64,000 nt of DNA, from contig NIVC01001374.1 in NCBI GenBank assembly GCA_002269645.1, forward strand, positions 1 to 64,000. The letters run 5' to 3'. This DNA comes from Macrostomum lignano (lineage: Eukaryota). The notes beneath the pieces were generated by a model. That model worked only from the letters and a program-made list of their open reading frames with translations. It was not told the DNA's origin and made no database searches. Positions 1 to 12,691 of the stretch are shown piece after piece. Both the position numbers and the translations under genes were made by a program. Position 1 is the first letter of the stretch; the number at the start of each line of letters is the position of its first letter.

Positions 1-3000
1 GACAACAGCAACGGATTCAACGCCTGCAACTATAAAAACAACGCCAACTAGTCAAAAGTGTGCTCAACTGACAGTAGTAACTACTAATACCAGTACAAAT
101 GAAGATAGCGGCACTGCTGATGAAAAGTTTTCTCAGGAATTGTAAAGCGACGCGCTGAACATACGAAGTACGACGCGCCATGCGGAAGCAAACAGCAGAA
201 GAGCGAAAGTCATATCAGGAATTTGGTCAATTCTGGTATTGTCAAGGTAAAGCGCAAGGAGCACGAAGATTTGATCGAAAAGGATGCTTTGCCACCTAGT
301 CCTAGTGACTTCCGTTTTGAAGTGGAGCCTGATCAGCTTGAGCGAGTAGTCTATCAAAAAGAGCAATCCTCAACTGCATCATCAACCCCTTCTGCTCCTT
401 CGCCAAAAGAGGCATCTGTAGTTGCACCATTATTCGCCAAATGGAAAAAGAAGCTGTTTTTGAGTTTCAGCCTGCCAAAGTAGCTCAAATCAAAAAGGTC
501 GACCGACCAAAAAGGTCTCAGATCCGACAACTGTAAAGACCCAGCTTCTGATTCTTCAAGGCTAAAAGTACATCTGAACAAGTTACGCCTGTGCAACCGA
601 ACAAGGAGAACGATATCCCGCCCAGGACAATCGATCGCCTGTACTGCCTATTGAAAAGCCATCTACAGAAACTGCTGTCGATGCAGATGAACCGCAACCA
701 TTTAGTCCTCGCTTGGTTAAAAATGAGGCAATGTTGCATTATGACAGGTCGCAGAAAATCGTTCTTACTTTATTTCGGACTCTGAATTAGGTAGGCGCAC
801 AGAAGAAGAAAGGCTTCTAAAAACCCAAACAAGCGAAGAACAAGGCAAGTGGTTGTATCCCGATGCTGTTGGTAAATCTGAGACTTTGCGTATGATCGAG
901 CACAAGAGAATTTGTTGCCATCAACTGCCTCAGGCGAAAAGAGCAAGTAGAGCGACTTAAAGGAAATGACCTGCATGAGGACGCAGAGTTAAAAATTTCA
1001 ACTCTGTCGGAGCGATACGAGTCAAAGCGATTACCAGCCGCGGTAACTGGTAGTATTGTTAGTGCCACTTCAGAGGATTCATCCCAATCCAGTGCGAGTC
1101 CGATGGTAGCGGAGACTACGATACTACGATACTGTTATGAGAAGCAGTATGAATTGCAAGAAGTTTTGAAAAAAGTAAAGTCAAAGCCACCAAAGGAACA
1201 GAAAACACCACAGAAACCGCCACCGCACGAAGTACTGCCGACCAGTCTTGCTAGCTTAAAAGAAGCGGAGGATGAAAGGGAAAGCGAAGAAAATAGTAGC
1301 AGCGAAGGAAGCCCTAGCGTTGTAGTGGACGAAGGTTCGCTAAGTGATCAGCAACTCTTTTTTTCGACTGGTCATATCGATCAGCAGCCACTATCAGCAT
1401 TTTGATTGCCGATGAGAATTCCATATCTTCTTTGCTTGTCCAAGAAGGCACCTCAGAGTCTGCTTCTTCAGAATCTGATGATGATGATGAAGATGAGGAT
1501 TACAGTGAGACAGTTCGAGCTGCTGCTGAGTGGTACCAATCTCATCCCGTAGAAGATATGTATCTACCAAGGCGTCATATTTGGCAACTATCGACGAAGA
1601 GACAGTATCCCAGGCTTCCACATCAATTAATTCACAATCGACTGACGTTGAGGTTACTGTTCCAAGTCGTCAATCAGATCTCTCGAACCAAGATACAATC
1701 CTAGTCCGACCTCCATCGCCTAAGAAATCTATCTCCGAAGCACCTATTGTTGCAGAAGAAGACGATCTGAGTGGCAGTGGAGCTTCTGATAACGATAAGA
1801 CTATTAAGCCAAAATCCAGATTTTCCCATGAAGCCAAAGAGGATATTGCTGTTCCGAAGATCACTTCATCCAGTCAATACAGATCTGCCGTTAAACTCCC
1901 AGCTGTTACTCAAGTGGAAAAGGTTGCTCAGACCGATTCCCAGTTAATTCGTGGTCAGGACACTCACGCCAAAACAGTCCAGCTGCTTTCAACTGACAAC
2001 TTTGTTACTGTTAGTGAAGACTCTACGACTGAACAAGAATCTAATCTTAAAAGTAAAGTGTTAACACAAAGCAAGTCTAAAGCCTCTTCAGCTGATCCAG
2101 CAGAACCACCGACTGTTGCAAGTGCGGATAGTGATAACAAGAAAAAGGGCAAAAAGAAAAAGGATCACCGTAAGCCAAAAGAGCGTCATCGTTCAAAGTC
2201 TTCAATACTTGAAACTTCAACCGAGCGATCAAATGTTGAATTTGAAGAAGAATCTTTCGAAAAGACGTCCATACAATCGCAGCAGCACAAAGCAAAGATA
2301 AGAGCAACAGAGAGATGGTCAAAAAAGTAGGTCCTCAACTTTGCCATCGCGGCGGTTGAGAAGACCGAGGGCATGCCATCGCCGGTGAGAAGACTGAAGG
2401 CAAGTCGGATTTACCTCTGTCGAAGCCACCTTTGAGTTCAAAAGTTTCCGAGGTTACACCCAAATCAGCCGAACCTGCTCAGTCTGACAACAAGAGCAAA
2501 AGTACCAGCAAGAAAGAGCAAAGTCGAATTTACGACACTGAGAGTGTACCGTCTCCTAAACAACCGGTGGAGCAGAGTGAATTCAGTGAGTTACTGTCTT
2601 CGCAGCTGAGTGAAGACAGTAAAAAACGCAAAAGTAAACATTTCGAAAAGGATCCGCGACCAGAGGCTGCTATGCCATCTGATGCAGAATCTGAAGCAAG
2701 CAAACAGAGTGAGCCGCGCCCACAAACAAGGCTCCTACGATCATCGTTTCGATCTTCTTCTGGAAGAAAATCAAAAACAGCTGCTGCAGATGAAACAAAA
2801 AAGCGACCCAAGAGCAGTCCAGAAGATGCAAATGTTGATCAGCTAGTTAAAACTGCTAGCAACGCCAACAGAGCTAGTTTAAAAATCTCTAAACCTAGAG
2901 CGCCCACCGACTCTAACGGTGACTCAGTTGGCGCTGAAGCAGAACCAGTTTCTGAAAGTCATGCCAAAACGGACCATCGCAGTCAGAAGATGAAAAAAGG

Positions 3001-3860
3001 CCGCAAACTTTTTGGGGTCAATCGACAAGCGGATGAGGTCCCAGTTGAACCTGAACCCGTGCATATCGAAGACAATATTGAACGCCTAGATATATATGCT
3101 AAAAGTTCGCATAGTACTGAATATAAAACAGCTCGGCCCATTTCTTCGCGTCCCGAAGGCAAAGACATTGTATCGCAGCCGCAGCTCTGGCGCTCAACTG
3201 ACAACCATCAGCAAAATCAACAGGAGAAAATAGCGGTACCAGAGCTGGTAGCTTATGCAGCCCCATCTTATTCGTCAAAGCGAGCCGTTTCTCCAGTCTC
3301 AGTTCAGCAGCAGCAATCACAAATGCAAGACCTGCCGTGCGTTGATGTCGCATCTATGCAGACACGGCCTCATCATCTATCTGGCTCATCCGTGTCACCT
3401 TCGCGAACTTCAACGCCGCCTCAACAGTTTATGCAACAACGAAACCAGTTGAAGAAGAGAAGCAGTCAACAGATACAGAGAAGCCGAAAAAGACTAAACG
3501 TTCTAAGAAAGAGAAACCAAAGGTTCTTCACTTTAGTAATAGGCGCATATCGCCAGAGCCAACGAAAGCTGAAGATGAAGAAATACAAGCCGATTCTGAT
3601 AATGAGGAGGGCCAGTTGGAAGACGCACCAGCTGATACTCGCATTAATCGATGGTTGAAAACACCAACAAACATCTAGTTGGTGATGCTGGGCGGCCTAC
3701 AATTACCGGTTTAACCGTTGGACAAACAACCGGCAAGGATGCGCCAGTTGCGGCACCGCGTAAAACGCCTCGAAAACCGGAGTATCAACGACAGGAAACT
3801 GGCGCTTTACGGTTTCCTCGGATGCTAACCCCACTGTGGTTGTGAACGAGCCAACTAATG
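1..3860 (+). CDS. Large S/E/K/P-rich (likely disordered) coding exon, 5'-partial, interrupted by several apparent frameshifts
   Basis: Successive ORFs (223-483, 1103-1405, 1530-2330, 2432-3658, 3651-3845, 3836-) in alternating frames share the same composition. Ends at donor AATG|GTGAGG (GT at 3861), phase 1, matching the next acceptor. Confidence 0.55.
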
Positions 3861-4325
3861 GTGAGGGCTTATCTCATTCTTGGCGTGCTGTCTGGACATT
3901 AGTAATCAAATTTTTGCACTTTGTTACGCACTGTTGGAATTTAGTCCTGTGTTTAGATATTGATAGCACTTCGTCGCTTAATGCTTGTTTTGTAATACCT
4001 GCAATTACAACTTGTGTTGGCTGTAGCGGTAATATGTATTCTACCTGGCGCCTTTAGTGAGCCGTCATATCTTAGTCCGTCTGTCCCCCCCCCATGTGGG
4101 AGGTTCGACCAGCCCATTTATACACGGACATTCAATGCGCTAGTGTGTGGAATGCTCATCAAACAGTTAGATTGAGCATTAAATTTAAATTTATTAGCAT
4201 AATCTTAAACCAGCAATGCTACGATTAGTTGCCGCCTTCAGAGAGGGTAAGTAACTTTTCCTATCATCCTGATTTATACCCAGGAGGTGAAAATTGAAGT
4301 TGATATACGTTATGACACAATACTT

Positions 4326-4628
4326 GATAATAATTGATTACACCTGCCCTAATGGGCAGATGTGCAACCGACAGCTCAGCCGCAGCTATTGTGCGGCGCA
4401 TCTGAAGGCTGCGTACGGCTGTTCAGTCCAAGGACTGGGGGGTCGCCACACACACCCTCAATTACATCAGCTAATGCTGGCACCCATTTTACAGCTGGGT
4501 GAACTGAAGCAATGCAGAGTGAAGTGTCTTGCTCAAGGACACAAATTGTGTCCGAGTGGGTTGAGAGAATCGAACCCCGACCTCTGCGTCGTGAGTCCGA
4601 CGCTCTAAGTCTAACCACTAGGCTACAA
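4326..4628 (-). mobile_element. tRNA-derived CORE-type SINE, copy 1 (in intron)
   Basis: Reverse complement of the element at 20319-20631. Has A box, B box (GGTTCGATTC), a MIR-like core and a (TTA)-type tail. Confidence 0.85.
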
Positions 4629-4729
4629 GCCTATGACACACGCTATGACGCAAAACAGCCAGTATAGAACTATAACTATATACCAAAATCTATATGCAGA
4701 AAATGACCAAAAAATTTCTATTTTTTTAG

Positions 4730-5572
4730 ATCGCCTCAGCGGCGGCTCATTCGATCAGGAATCGCTTGTGGTCGCCTCGGATCTCAGCGAGATCGACGAT
4801 CAGGCGCCCGTGTCGGCGGCTGCTCAGAACAACTCGATCGGTCCGGCTTCTAAAGCGCAGCTGGACGACAGCTCTGACTCGGATGATGAGTCAGACGAGT
4901 CAGCTGATGAGGCTGAGGAGCAGGATGACGATCTGCCAATCATGCGGCCGCTCAGCTGGGAGCCAATCAGCATCGCGCATCCTGCCACAGGTCTCGGCGC
5001 TTCGGCTAGCATGCCGCAACCGGGACAGCAGCAGCCGCCAGAGCCAGCGCAGAAGTCGCAGACCCAGCCGCCTCAGAAGAAGCCATCAGCAATTGCAGCA
5101 GGCAACCCCAGTGCTGCTACTAATAGCGGCGACTCTCTTAAACAAGGCGCTATCGACTTCCTGCTCAACTGTCTGTCTAATCGGCCAATCCAAACGCCAG
5201 TAGACTCAGATTCGTCGGACGTGGCTCCGACTCGGCAACTATTGAATCCGTATCTTCGCCAGGCGCTCTCCAGGCCCGGATGCCGCAGCCGCCTCTAGTG
5301 GCCGATCCGTTGCCATTAGACGCTGACGAGCGTAGGCGATTTCAAAGGAAGCGCGATTCGATTAAGGCTAATAATAGTCGTAGGCGAAGCAACCGGCTGG
5401 GCTCAGCTGGTAAAGCAGGCACCGTCGGTGTCAGCGGTGGAGGCGGCGGCGATGCCAGTCGGTCGGCCTCCTATTATCGAAGCTCGTCAGCGCTCTCCGG
5501 TCGCGAATTGTCGTTCACGGCTCTATCGCCTGCGGTGATGCGTAGGCAGAGTAGAAGAAGGTCGAGATCTAG
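4730..5572 (+). CDS. Internal exon of the same low-complexity gene (one apparent frameshift near 5270-5290)
   Basis: Acceptor TTTTTTTAG|ATCGC gives G|AT (N-D-R-L-S). GC-rich coding style. ORF 4633-5298 passes to ORF 5280-5576. Donor AG|GTAACT at 5573, phase 2. Confidence 0.65.
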
Positions 5573-5764
5573 GTAACTATTGCTTCGGTATTTTTCAATT
5601 GGTTTGAAAAGTGTTGAATTGAATTTTTGAAGAAATCTCGGGGTCTGTAACAGAGTCCCTCGTGGGATTCATCTGATGACGACTTCATAATCCACAGAGT
5701 CACAGAAAGTAGCAGTACAGTTTGTAGTGTTGTTCGATTGGTAGATCCAAAAAAGAGTACATTC

Positions 5765-6250
5765 CCCACTGGTAGTATATTCCCACTGAAGTAGTATATT
5801 CCCACAGAATTAGTATATTCCCCACAGAAGTAGTATATTCCCCACAGAAGTAGTATATTCCCCACAGAAGTAGTATATTCCCCACAGAAGTAGCATATTC
5901 CCCACAGAAGTAGTATATTCCCCACAGAAGTAGTATATTCCCCACAGAAGTAGTATATTCCCCACAGAAGTAGTATATTCCCCACAGAAGTAGTATATTC
6001 CCCACAGAAGTAGTATATTCCCCACTGAAGTAGTATATTCCCCACAGAAGTAGTATATTCCCCACAGAAGTAGTATATTCCCCACAGAAGTAGTATATTC
6101 CCCACAGAAGTAGTATATTCCCCACAGAAGTAGTATATTCCCCACAGAAGTAGTATATTCCCCACAGAAGTAGTATATTCCCCACAGAAGTAGTATATTC
6201 CCCACAGAAGTAGTATATTCCCCACAGAAGTAGTATATTCACAGAAGTAG
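5765..6250. repeat. 20-bp tandem array (CCCACAGAAGTAGTATATTC), intronic
   Basis: About 24 near-identical units read directly. Confidence 0.95.
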
Positions 6251-6746
6251 CCGCGCGCCTGACTCCAGCAGTACCAGTTTGAACGAGGCTCTCGAACGGA
6301 CTCCCCACTCGCCATCCAGATCTCCCGAAACAGCTGGCGGTCGTTCAAAAAGTTTTACTGGAATCGGCGGCGCCGCTTCGGCCGACGTGCTGAGTGGGCG
6401 CGGCGGCGCCAAATCCGACGGCGAAGAGGCCGGCGAATACGAAGATCCAGAAGAGTATTTGGACAACTTCGACGAAGATCAACTGCGCTCGGCGACGTTC
6501 GACACCCGGCGACGCGAATGGACCTGGTTCGCTAGCAACGCCGATTTTGTTGGCGCCGGCAACGACAAAACTGGCGCCGTCGGAGTCGATCCGCGGCTGC
6601 GCTCCCGCTCGATGCCCATACCGACATCGGCCGATTATAACGAGCTGGCCGTGCAAGTCGATCAAGCGACGCGTCGAGGTCGGAAGCGTCGTAGGCGACG
6701 GTTGCCACCGGCTGGATCGAATTTCATCTACGAGACCAGCGTGTAG
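6251..6746 (+). CDS. Probable last (or penultimate) exon of the low-complexity gene
   Basis: Phase-2-compatible acceptors at 6243-6244 (CAG) or 6249-6250 (TAG). Open frame through ORF 6279-6746 to TAG. Confidence 0.6.
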
Positions 6747-7135
6747 GTTGAGCACTTCCTAAAAACAGCCTCGAAGATTGATTTATTTCTGATTGAATTA
6801 ATTCTGTGTTATAATGTAGCTTGTGGGCTACTGATTTATGGATTGCAATGCTGTATATTTGCTTCATGAGTATGCTGGCAGCCTTTGTCCTTTTATGTAA
6901 CTGAGTCCTTGACTTTTCTGTGCTTATCCAGTTTGACAAGTTTTTTATCGTTAGTAATTCCAATTTTCCAACTCTGTGTCAATCACTTTTTAATCAGCAC
7001 TTTTTTTAGTATTGCGAAAACGTTCTGATGGTAAGTTTCTTTTGTTTTTTAGCCTAAATCTGTATTGAAGAACTTCCATGCAAGCTCAGGCCTCTGTCGC
7101 CAGCTAGTTAGGTTTCTGATTTTAGAATTTTCAGG

Positions 7136-7540
7136 CTCGGCCAGCCTTCCAGATCCTCAGTTTCTGGGCCAGCCTCCCAGATCCTCAGTTGCTGGGCCAG
7201 CCTCCCAGATCCTTAGTTGCTGGGCCAGCCTCCCAGATCCTCAGTTGCTGGGCCAGCCTCTCAGATCCTCAGTTGCTGGGCCAGCCTCCCAGATCCTCAG
7301 TTGCTGGGCCAGCCTCCCAGATCCTCAGTTGCTGGGCCAGCCTCCCAGATCCTCAGTTGCTGGGCCAGCCTCTCAGATCCTCAGTTGCTGGGCCAGCCTC
7401 TCAGATCCTCAGTCGCTGGGCCAGCCTCCCAGATCCTCAGTTGCTGGGCCAGCCAGCCTCCCAGATCCTTGGTTGCTGGACCAGCCTCTCAGATCATCAG
7501 TTTCTTGGCCAGCCTCCCAGATCCTCAGTTGCGGGGCCAG
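7136..7540. repeat. 28-bp tandem array (GCCAGCCTCCCAGATCCTCAGTTGCTGG)
   Basis: Period 28 read directly (7201 to 7229). Confidence 0.95.
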
Positions 7541-8470
7541 CCGTCACCCCCTGGACAATAAAACTTAGCAGTCTAGCTGCGGCAACTTGGCACTGACTGT
7601 ATTATTACCTTCTGTGATTTATTTCGTTTTTTCGTAAATTTTTGTTAACACATTCCCACCAGAAACTGTAAGTAGTCTGTGATGATTTTATCGCTATTTA
7701 ACGTTCATTCCAATAACTACTCTGTAGGCACTGCTGCCATTTAACCGAATGTATATAGAGCAACTTTTTTTGTCACATGGTCGCCGGATTGTCTGTTTTA
7801 TTAATTTCGTTTTTGATTTGTTTCACGTCGTGTGCGCGTTCCGTTTTTTTTAAAGTAGAGCGAGTACTTTCTCTCCCGAGATATCAGGGCTTGCTCTCCG
7901 TATCGGACACACCGCTTTCATTCACCAGCTGTGCTGGCTTCGATTCTAAATGATTTGTTTTGCAAAATTATTTCGCTTCTCGTATGTAAATTCTTGTTAA
8001 AATCGCTTCTATATATTCAATTATATGGCTCAATTTTTACTTATTATACTACGTATAGATTGGTTATCGTATTGTGTATTGATTTTCCTACTTGCAAAAT
8101 TAAGGTGTTTACGTGCTTTATTACTACTGACCAACGCTATCGCCTTACATTCCAGTACCCTGTTGTTCAACTTTACAATTTAAGTAAGCATCAACAAAAT
8201 CATTCCCTCCTCCTTGGACGCCTTGCTTCGGCTTTTGCTTCATTTACTCAACAATGGTGATCTTTTCTATGCCTCCTTACTACTGTTAGTAAGTAGCTGC
8301 TCATTTTAAAATAAGCGTAAATTCTATCAGCGGCGCATCTGAGAGTACGAGTACACGGATTTTATGCTTCATCAAATATATGAAACTGATTGATTCAAAT
8401 TGAGTAATTTTCTGCTCATTTTTATTCATATTTTTGTCTCATTTTTCATCCAGTTTACTGAACTACCGCA

Positions 8471-10074
8471 AAAGTCGCCCTTCACTCCCTTCAAGAGTCG
8501 CCCTTCACCCCTTAGAGAGTCACCCTTCACCCCCTCAACAGTCGCCCTTCACCCCTTCAAGAGTCGCCCTTCACCCCTTCAAGAGTCACCCTTGACCCCC
8601 TTTAACAGTCACCCTTCACCCCTTCAAGAGTCACCCTTCACCCCTTCAAGAGTCACCCTTCACCCCTTCAAGAGTCACCCTTCACCCCTTCAACAGTCAC
8701 CCTCACCCCTTCAAGAGTCACCCTTCACCCCTTCAAGAGTCGCCCTCCACCCCTTTCAAGAGTCGCCCTTCACCCCTTAAAGAGTCGCCCTTCACCCCCT
8801 TCAAGAGTCGCCCTTCACCCCTTAAAGAGTCGCCCTTCACCCCCTTCAAGAGTCGTCCTTCACCCCTTAAAGAGTCGGTCTTCACCCCTTCAAGAGTCGC
8901 CCTTCACCCCTTAAAGAGTCACCCTTCACCCCTTAGAGAGTCGCCCTTCACCCCTTCAAGAGTCGCCCTTCACCCCTTAAAGAATCGCCCTCCACCCCTT
9001 AAAGAGTCGCCCTCCACCCCTTCAAGAGTCGCCCTTCACCCCTTCAAGACTCGCCATTCACCCCCTTCAAGATTCGGCCTCCACCCCCTTCAAGAGTCGC
9101 CCTTCACCCCTTCAAGAGTCGCCCTTCACCCCTTCAAGACTCGCCATTCACCCCCTTCAAGATTCGGCCTCCACCCCCTTCAAGAGTCGCCCTTCACCCC
9201 TTCAAGACTCGCCATTCACCCCTTCAAGAGTCGCCCTTCACCCCTTCAAGACTCGCCATCCACCCCCTTCAAGAGTCGCCCTTCACCCCTTCAAGACTCG
9301 CCATTCACCCCCTTCAAGAGTCGTCCTTCACCCCTTAAAGAGTCGGTCTTCACCCCTTCAAGAGTCGCCCTTCACCCCTTAAAGAGTCACCCTTCACCCC
9401 TTAGAGAGTCGCCCTTCACCCCTTCAAGAGTCGCCCTTCACCCCTTCAAGAATCGCCCTCCACCCCTTAAAGAGTCGCCCTCCACCCCTTCAAGAGTCGC
9501 CCTTCACCCCTTCAAGACTCGCCATTCACCCCCTTCAAGATTCGGCCTCCACCCCCTTCAAGAGTCGCCCTTCACCCCTTCAAGAGTCGCCCTTCACCCC
9601 TTCAAGACTCGCCATTCACCCCCTTCAAGATTCGGCCTCCACCCCCTTCAAGAGTCGCCCTTCACCCCTTCAAGACTCGCCATTCACCCCCTTCAAGATT
9701 CGGCCTCCACCCCCTTCAAGAGTCGCCCTTCACCCCTTCAAGAGTCGCCCTTCACCCCTTCAAGACTCGCCATTCACCCCCTTCAAGATTCGGCCTCCAC
9801 CCCCTTCAAGAGTCGCCCTTCACCCCTTCAAGACTCGCCATTCACCCCCTTCAAGAGTCGCCCTTCACCCCTTCAAGACTCGCCATCCACCCCCTTCAAG
9901 AGTCGCCCTTCACCCCTTCAAGACTCGCCATTCACCCCTTCAAGAGTCGCCCTTCACCCCTTCAAGACTCGCCATTCACCCCCTTCAAGAGTCGCCCTTC
10001 ACCCCTTCAAGACTCGCCATTCACCCCCTTCAAGAGTCGGCCTCCACCCCCTTCAAGAGTCGCCCTTCACCCCT
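8471..10074. repeat. 22-23-bp minisatellite (AAGAGTCGCCCTTCACCCCTTC) with variant units and a higher-order duplication
   Basis: About 70 units. A diagnostic variant block recurs at about 8851 and 9319. Confidence 0.95.
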
Positions 10075-10254
10075 GACTGGCTCCAGCAGCAATATTTTAA
10101 TGTTGGCTACTTTATTAATAATTTACCTTGAAGTTCGCTTTAATTAGCTTGTTTCTTACTTTCCCCTTCAGCCAACAGAGTTTCTTGTTCGAGCATCATT
10201 CGAGCATAGTAACTAACTGTTTTAACTATTGCTGCACGATAGCCGAAATCTCGA

Positions 10255-10413
10255 ATGGCTAGCAAGACTGCCAAGTCTGTCGCCAAGTACGTTGGCTCCT
10301 ACGCTCGCGCCATGGTGCAGCGCCACGAGGAGCTGATGCAGCGCCGACTGCAGGACGAAAGTGTCAAGATCAGAGCTGACAAGCTCATGATGACTTCCGC
10401 CCAACATAGGAAG
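10255..10413 (+). CDS. UQCRB: Cytochrome b-c1 complex subunit 7, coding exon 1
   Basis: ATG at 10255; phase-0 donor AAG|GTATGC; joins in frame to exon 2 (HRK|VGLVDDD, compare FNKLGLMRDD). Confidence 0.8.
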
Positions 10414-10474
10414 GTATGCCAATTTGCTGTTTGCTGAATATCTATCTACTCGTAGGTATTTTCTCTATCGATAG

Positions 10475-11878
10475 TCGCAACTGTCACTCTCTCAATATTC
10501 GCAATTTTCACTCTCGCAATATTCGCAATTGTCACTCTCTCAATATTCGCAATTGTCACTCTCTCAATATTCGCAATTTTCACTCTCTCAATATTCGCAA
10601 TTGTCACTCTCTCAATATTCGCAATTTTCACTCTCTCAATATTCGCAATTGTCACTCTCTCAATATTCGCAATTGTCACTCTCTCAATATTCGCAATTTT
10701 CACTCTCTCAATATTCGCAATTGTCACTCTCTCAATATTCGCAATTGTCACTCAATATTCGCAATTTCACTCTCTCAATATTCGCAATTGTCACTCAATA
10801 TTCGCAATTTCACTCTCAATATTCGCAATTGTCACTCAATATTCGCACTTTCACTCAATATTCGCAATTTTCACTCAATATTCGCAATTTCACTCTCAAT
10901 ATTCGCAATTTTCACTCGCTCAATATTCGCAATTTCACTCTCAGTATTCGCAATTTTCACTCGCTCAATATTCGCAATTTTCACTCTCTCAATATTCGCA
11001 ATTGTCACTCAATATTCGCAATTTCACTCTCAATATTCGCAATTTTCACTCGCTCAATATTTGCAATTTTCACTCTCAATATTCGCAATTTCACTCTCAA
11101 TATTCGCAATTGTCACTCAATATTCGCAATTTCACTCTCAATATTCGCAATTTTCACTCGCTCAATATTTGCAATTTTCACTCTCAATATTCGCAATTTT
11201 CACTCTCAATATTCGCAATTGTCACTGTCTCAATAGTCACAACTGGCTCTCTCTCAATAGTTCAACTGTCACTCTCTCAGTAGTCTCAACTGTCACTCTC
11301 TCAGTAGTCTCAACTGTCACTCTCTCAGTAGTCTCAACTGTCACTCTCTCAGTAGTCTCAACTGTCACTCTCTCAGTAGTCTCAACTGTCACTCTCTCAA
11401 TAGTTCAACTGTCACTCTCTCAATAGTCACAACTGTCACTCTCTCAATAGTCTCAACTGTCACTCTCTCAGTAGTCTCAACTGTCACTCTCTCAGTAGTC
11501 TCAACTGTCACTCTCTCAGTAGTCTCAACTGTCACTCTCTCAGTAGTCTCAACTGTCACTCTCTCAATAGTCTCAACTGTCACTCTCTCAATAGTCTCAA
11601 CTGTCACTCTCTCAATAGTCTCAACTGTCACTCTCTCAATAGTCTCAACTGTCACTCTCTCAATAGTCACAACTGTCACTCTCTCAATAGTCTCAACTGT
11701 CACTCTCTCAGTAGTCTTAACTGTCACTCTCTCAATAGCCTCAACTGTCACTCTCTCAATAGTCACAACTGTCACTCTCTCAGTATTCACAACTGTCACT
11801 CTCTCAATAGTCACAACTGTCACTCTCAGTGGTAGACTCACTCTTACAATAGTCGAATTTTACTCTCAATAGTCACCT
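10475..11878. repeat. Bipartite 24-bp intronic array (AATTGTCACTCTCTCAATATTCGC, then AACTGTCACTCTCTCAGTAGTCTC)
   Basis: Fills the UQCRB intron (10414-11898); unit type switches near 11230. Confidence 0.95.
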
Positions 11879-11898
11879 GCCCACTCTTCCCAACAAAG

Positions 11899-12153
11899 GT
11901 GGGCCTAGTGGACGATGACCAGCTGTACGACACGTATCGCGATCACGTGCACGAAGCGATCCAACGTTTGCCACGCGAAGAACAGGAGGGCCGCGTGTTC
12001 CGCCATGTGCAGGCCGCTTACCTGAGCGCTAGACACGAGATTCTGCCAAAGGAAGAGCAAATCACAGAGGCCAACAATCGGCCGTACGCCATTCTCTACG
12101 TTAACGATGCCCTTGACGAGATGCACGCTAAGCTGTACTGGGAGCACCAGTGA
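11899..12153 (+). CDS. UQCRB: Cytochrome b-c1 complex subunit 7, exon 2
   Basis: GLVDDDQLYD...VHEAIQRLP...RVFR...ARHEILPKEEQ matches the UQCRB/QCR7 signature (GLMRDD..VKEAIRRLP..RMFR..KHQILPKEQW). Acceptor AAAG at 11897-11898. Confidence 0.9.
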   Translation: MGLVDDDQLYDTYRDHVHEAIQRLPREEQEGRVFRHVQAAYLSARHEILPKEEQITEANNRPYAILYVNDALDEMHAKLYWEHQ

Positions 12154-12691
12154 TTTTATTCTGGAAAAATAATGATAAGACTCATATAAACACGAGCTAG
12201 TAATTGGTGGACAATTTAGAATAGTTTATAATATGCGCATATGCTGTTACAGTTCGGCTATAGCTCTTGTTATTTGATTGAACCCCTAGCCCTCTCGCAA
12301 CCCACAGATTTTATTGTAGTAGTTTCCCTATTAGCAATGCTGCAATCTTTGCAATCTTGAAAACTGCAGACTTAGCAACAAACTCTTAACACCTAGTTAG
12401 TATTTTTTATTTCAAATGAACTACTTGCAATAGCGAATTCAACTGTCGGTTAGAAAAAAAGCTACACACGACAAACAAAAATAATAACGCGCTCTGGCCC
12501 AGTTGCAACATAAATTTTGCGATTTCGTTTTCTCAGTTAGGTAAAAATAGTTTTATCCGATACGTGGATGAATTTTAGTAATTTCTTTTTCGTTTTTAGA
12601 CAGCAGTAATATGTGAAAAAATCTAAACAATCTTTAAGAGCCGTAGTTTTTAATCAATTGTTTTTAGCGGCAATTCATTTGCTACCTCTTA

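Noticed and set aside
7053-7568. Extra 3' exons for the large low-complexity gene (PKSVLK...; SRHPLDNKT) flanking the 28-bp array
   Set aside because: Phases fit, but it needs a weak GTGTAG donor near 6741; too uncertain without transcripts.
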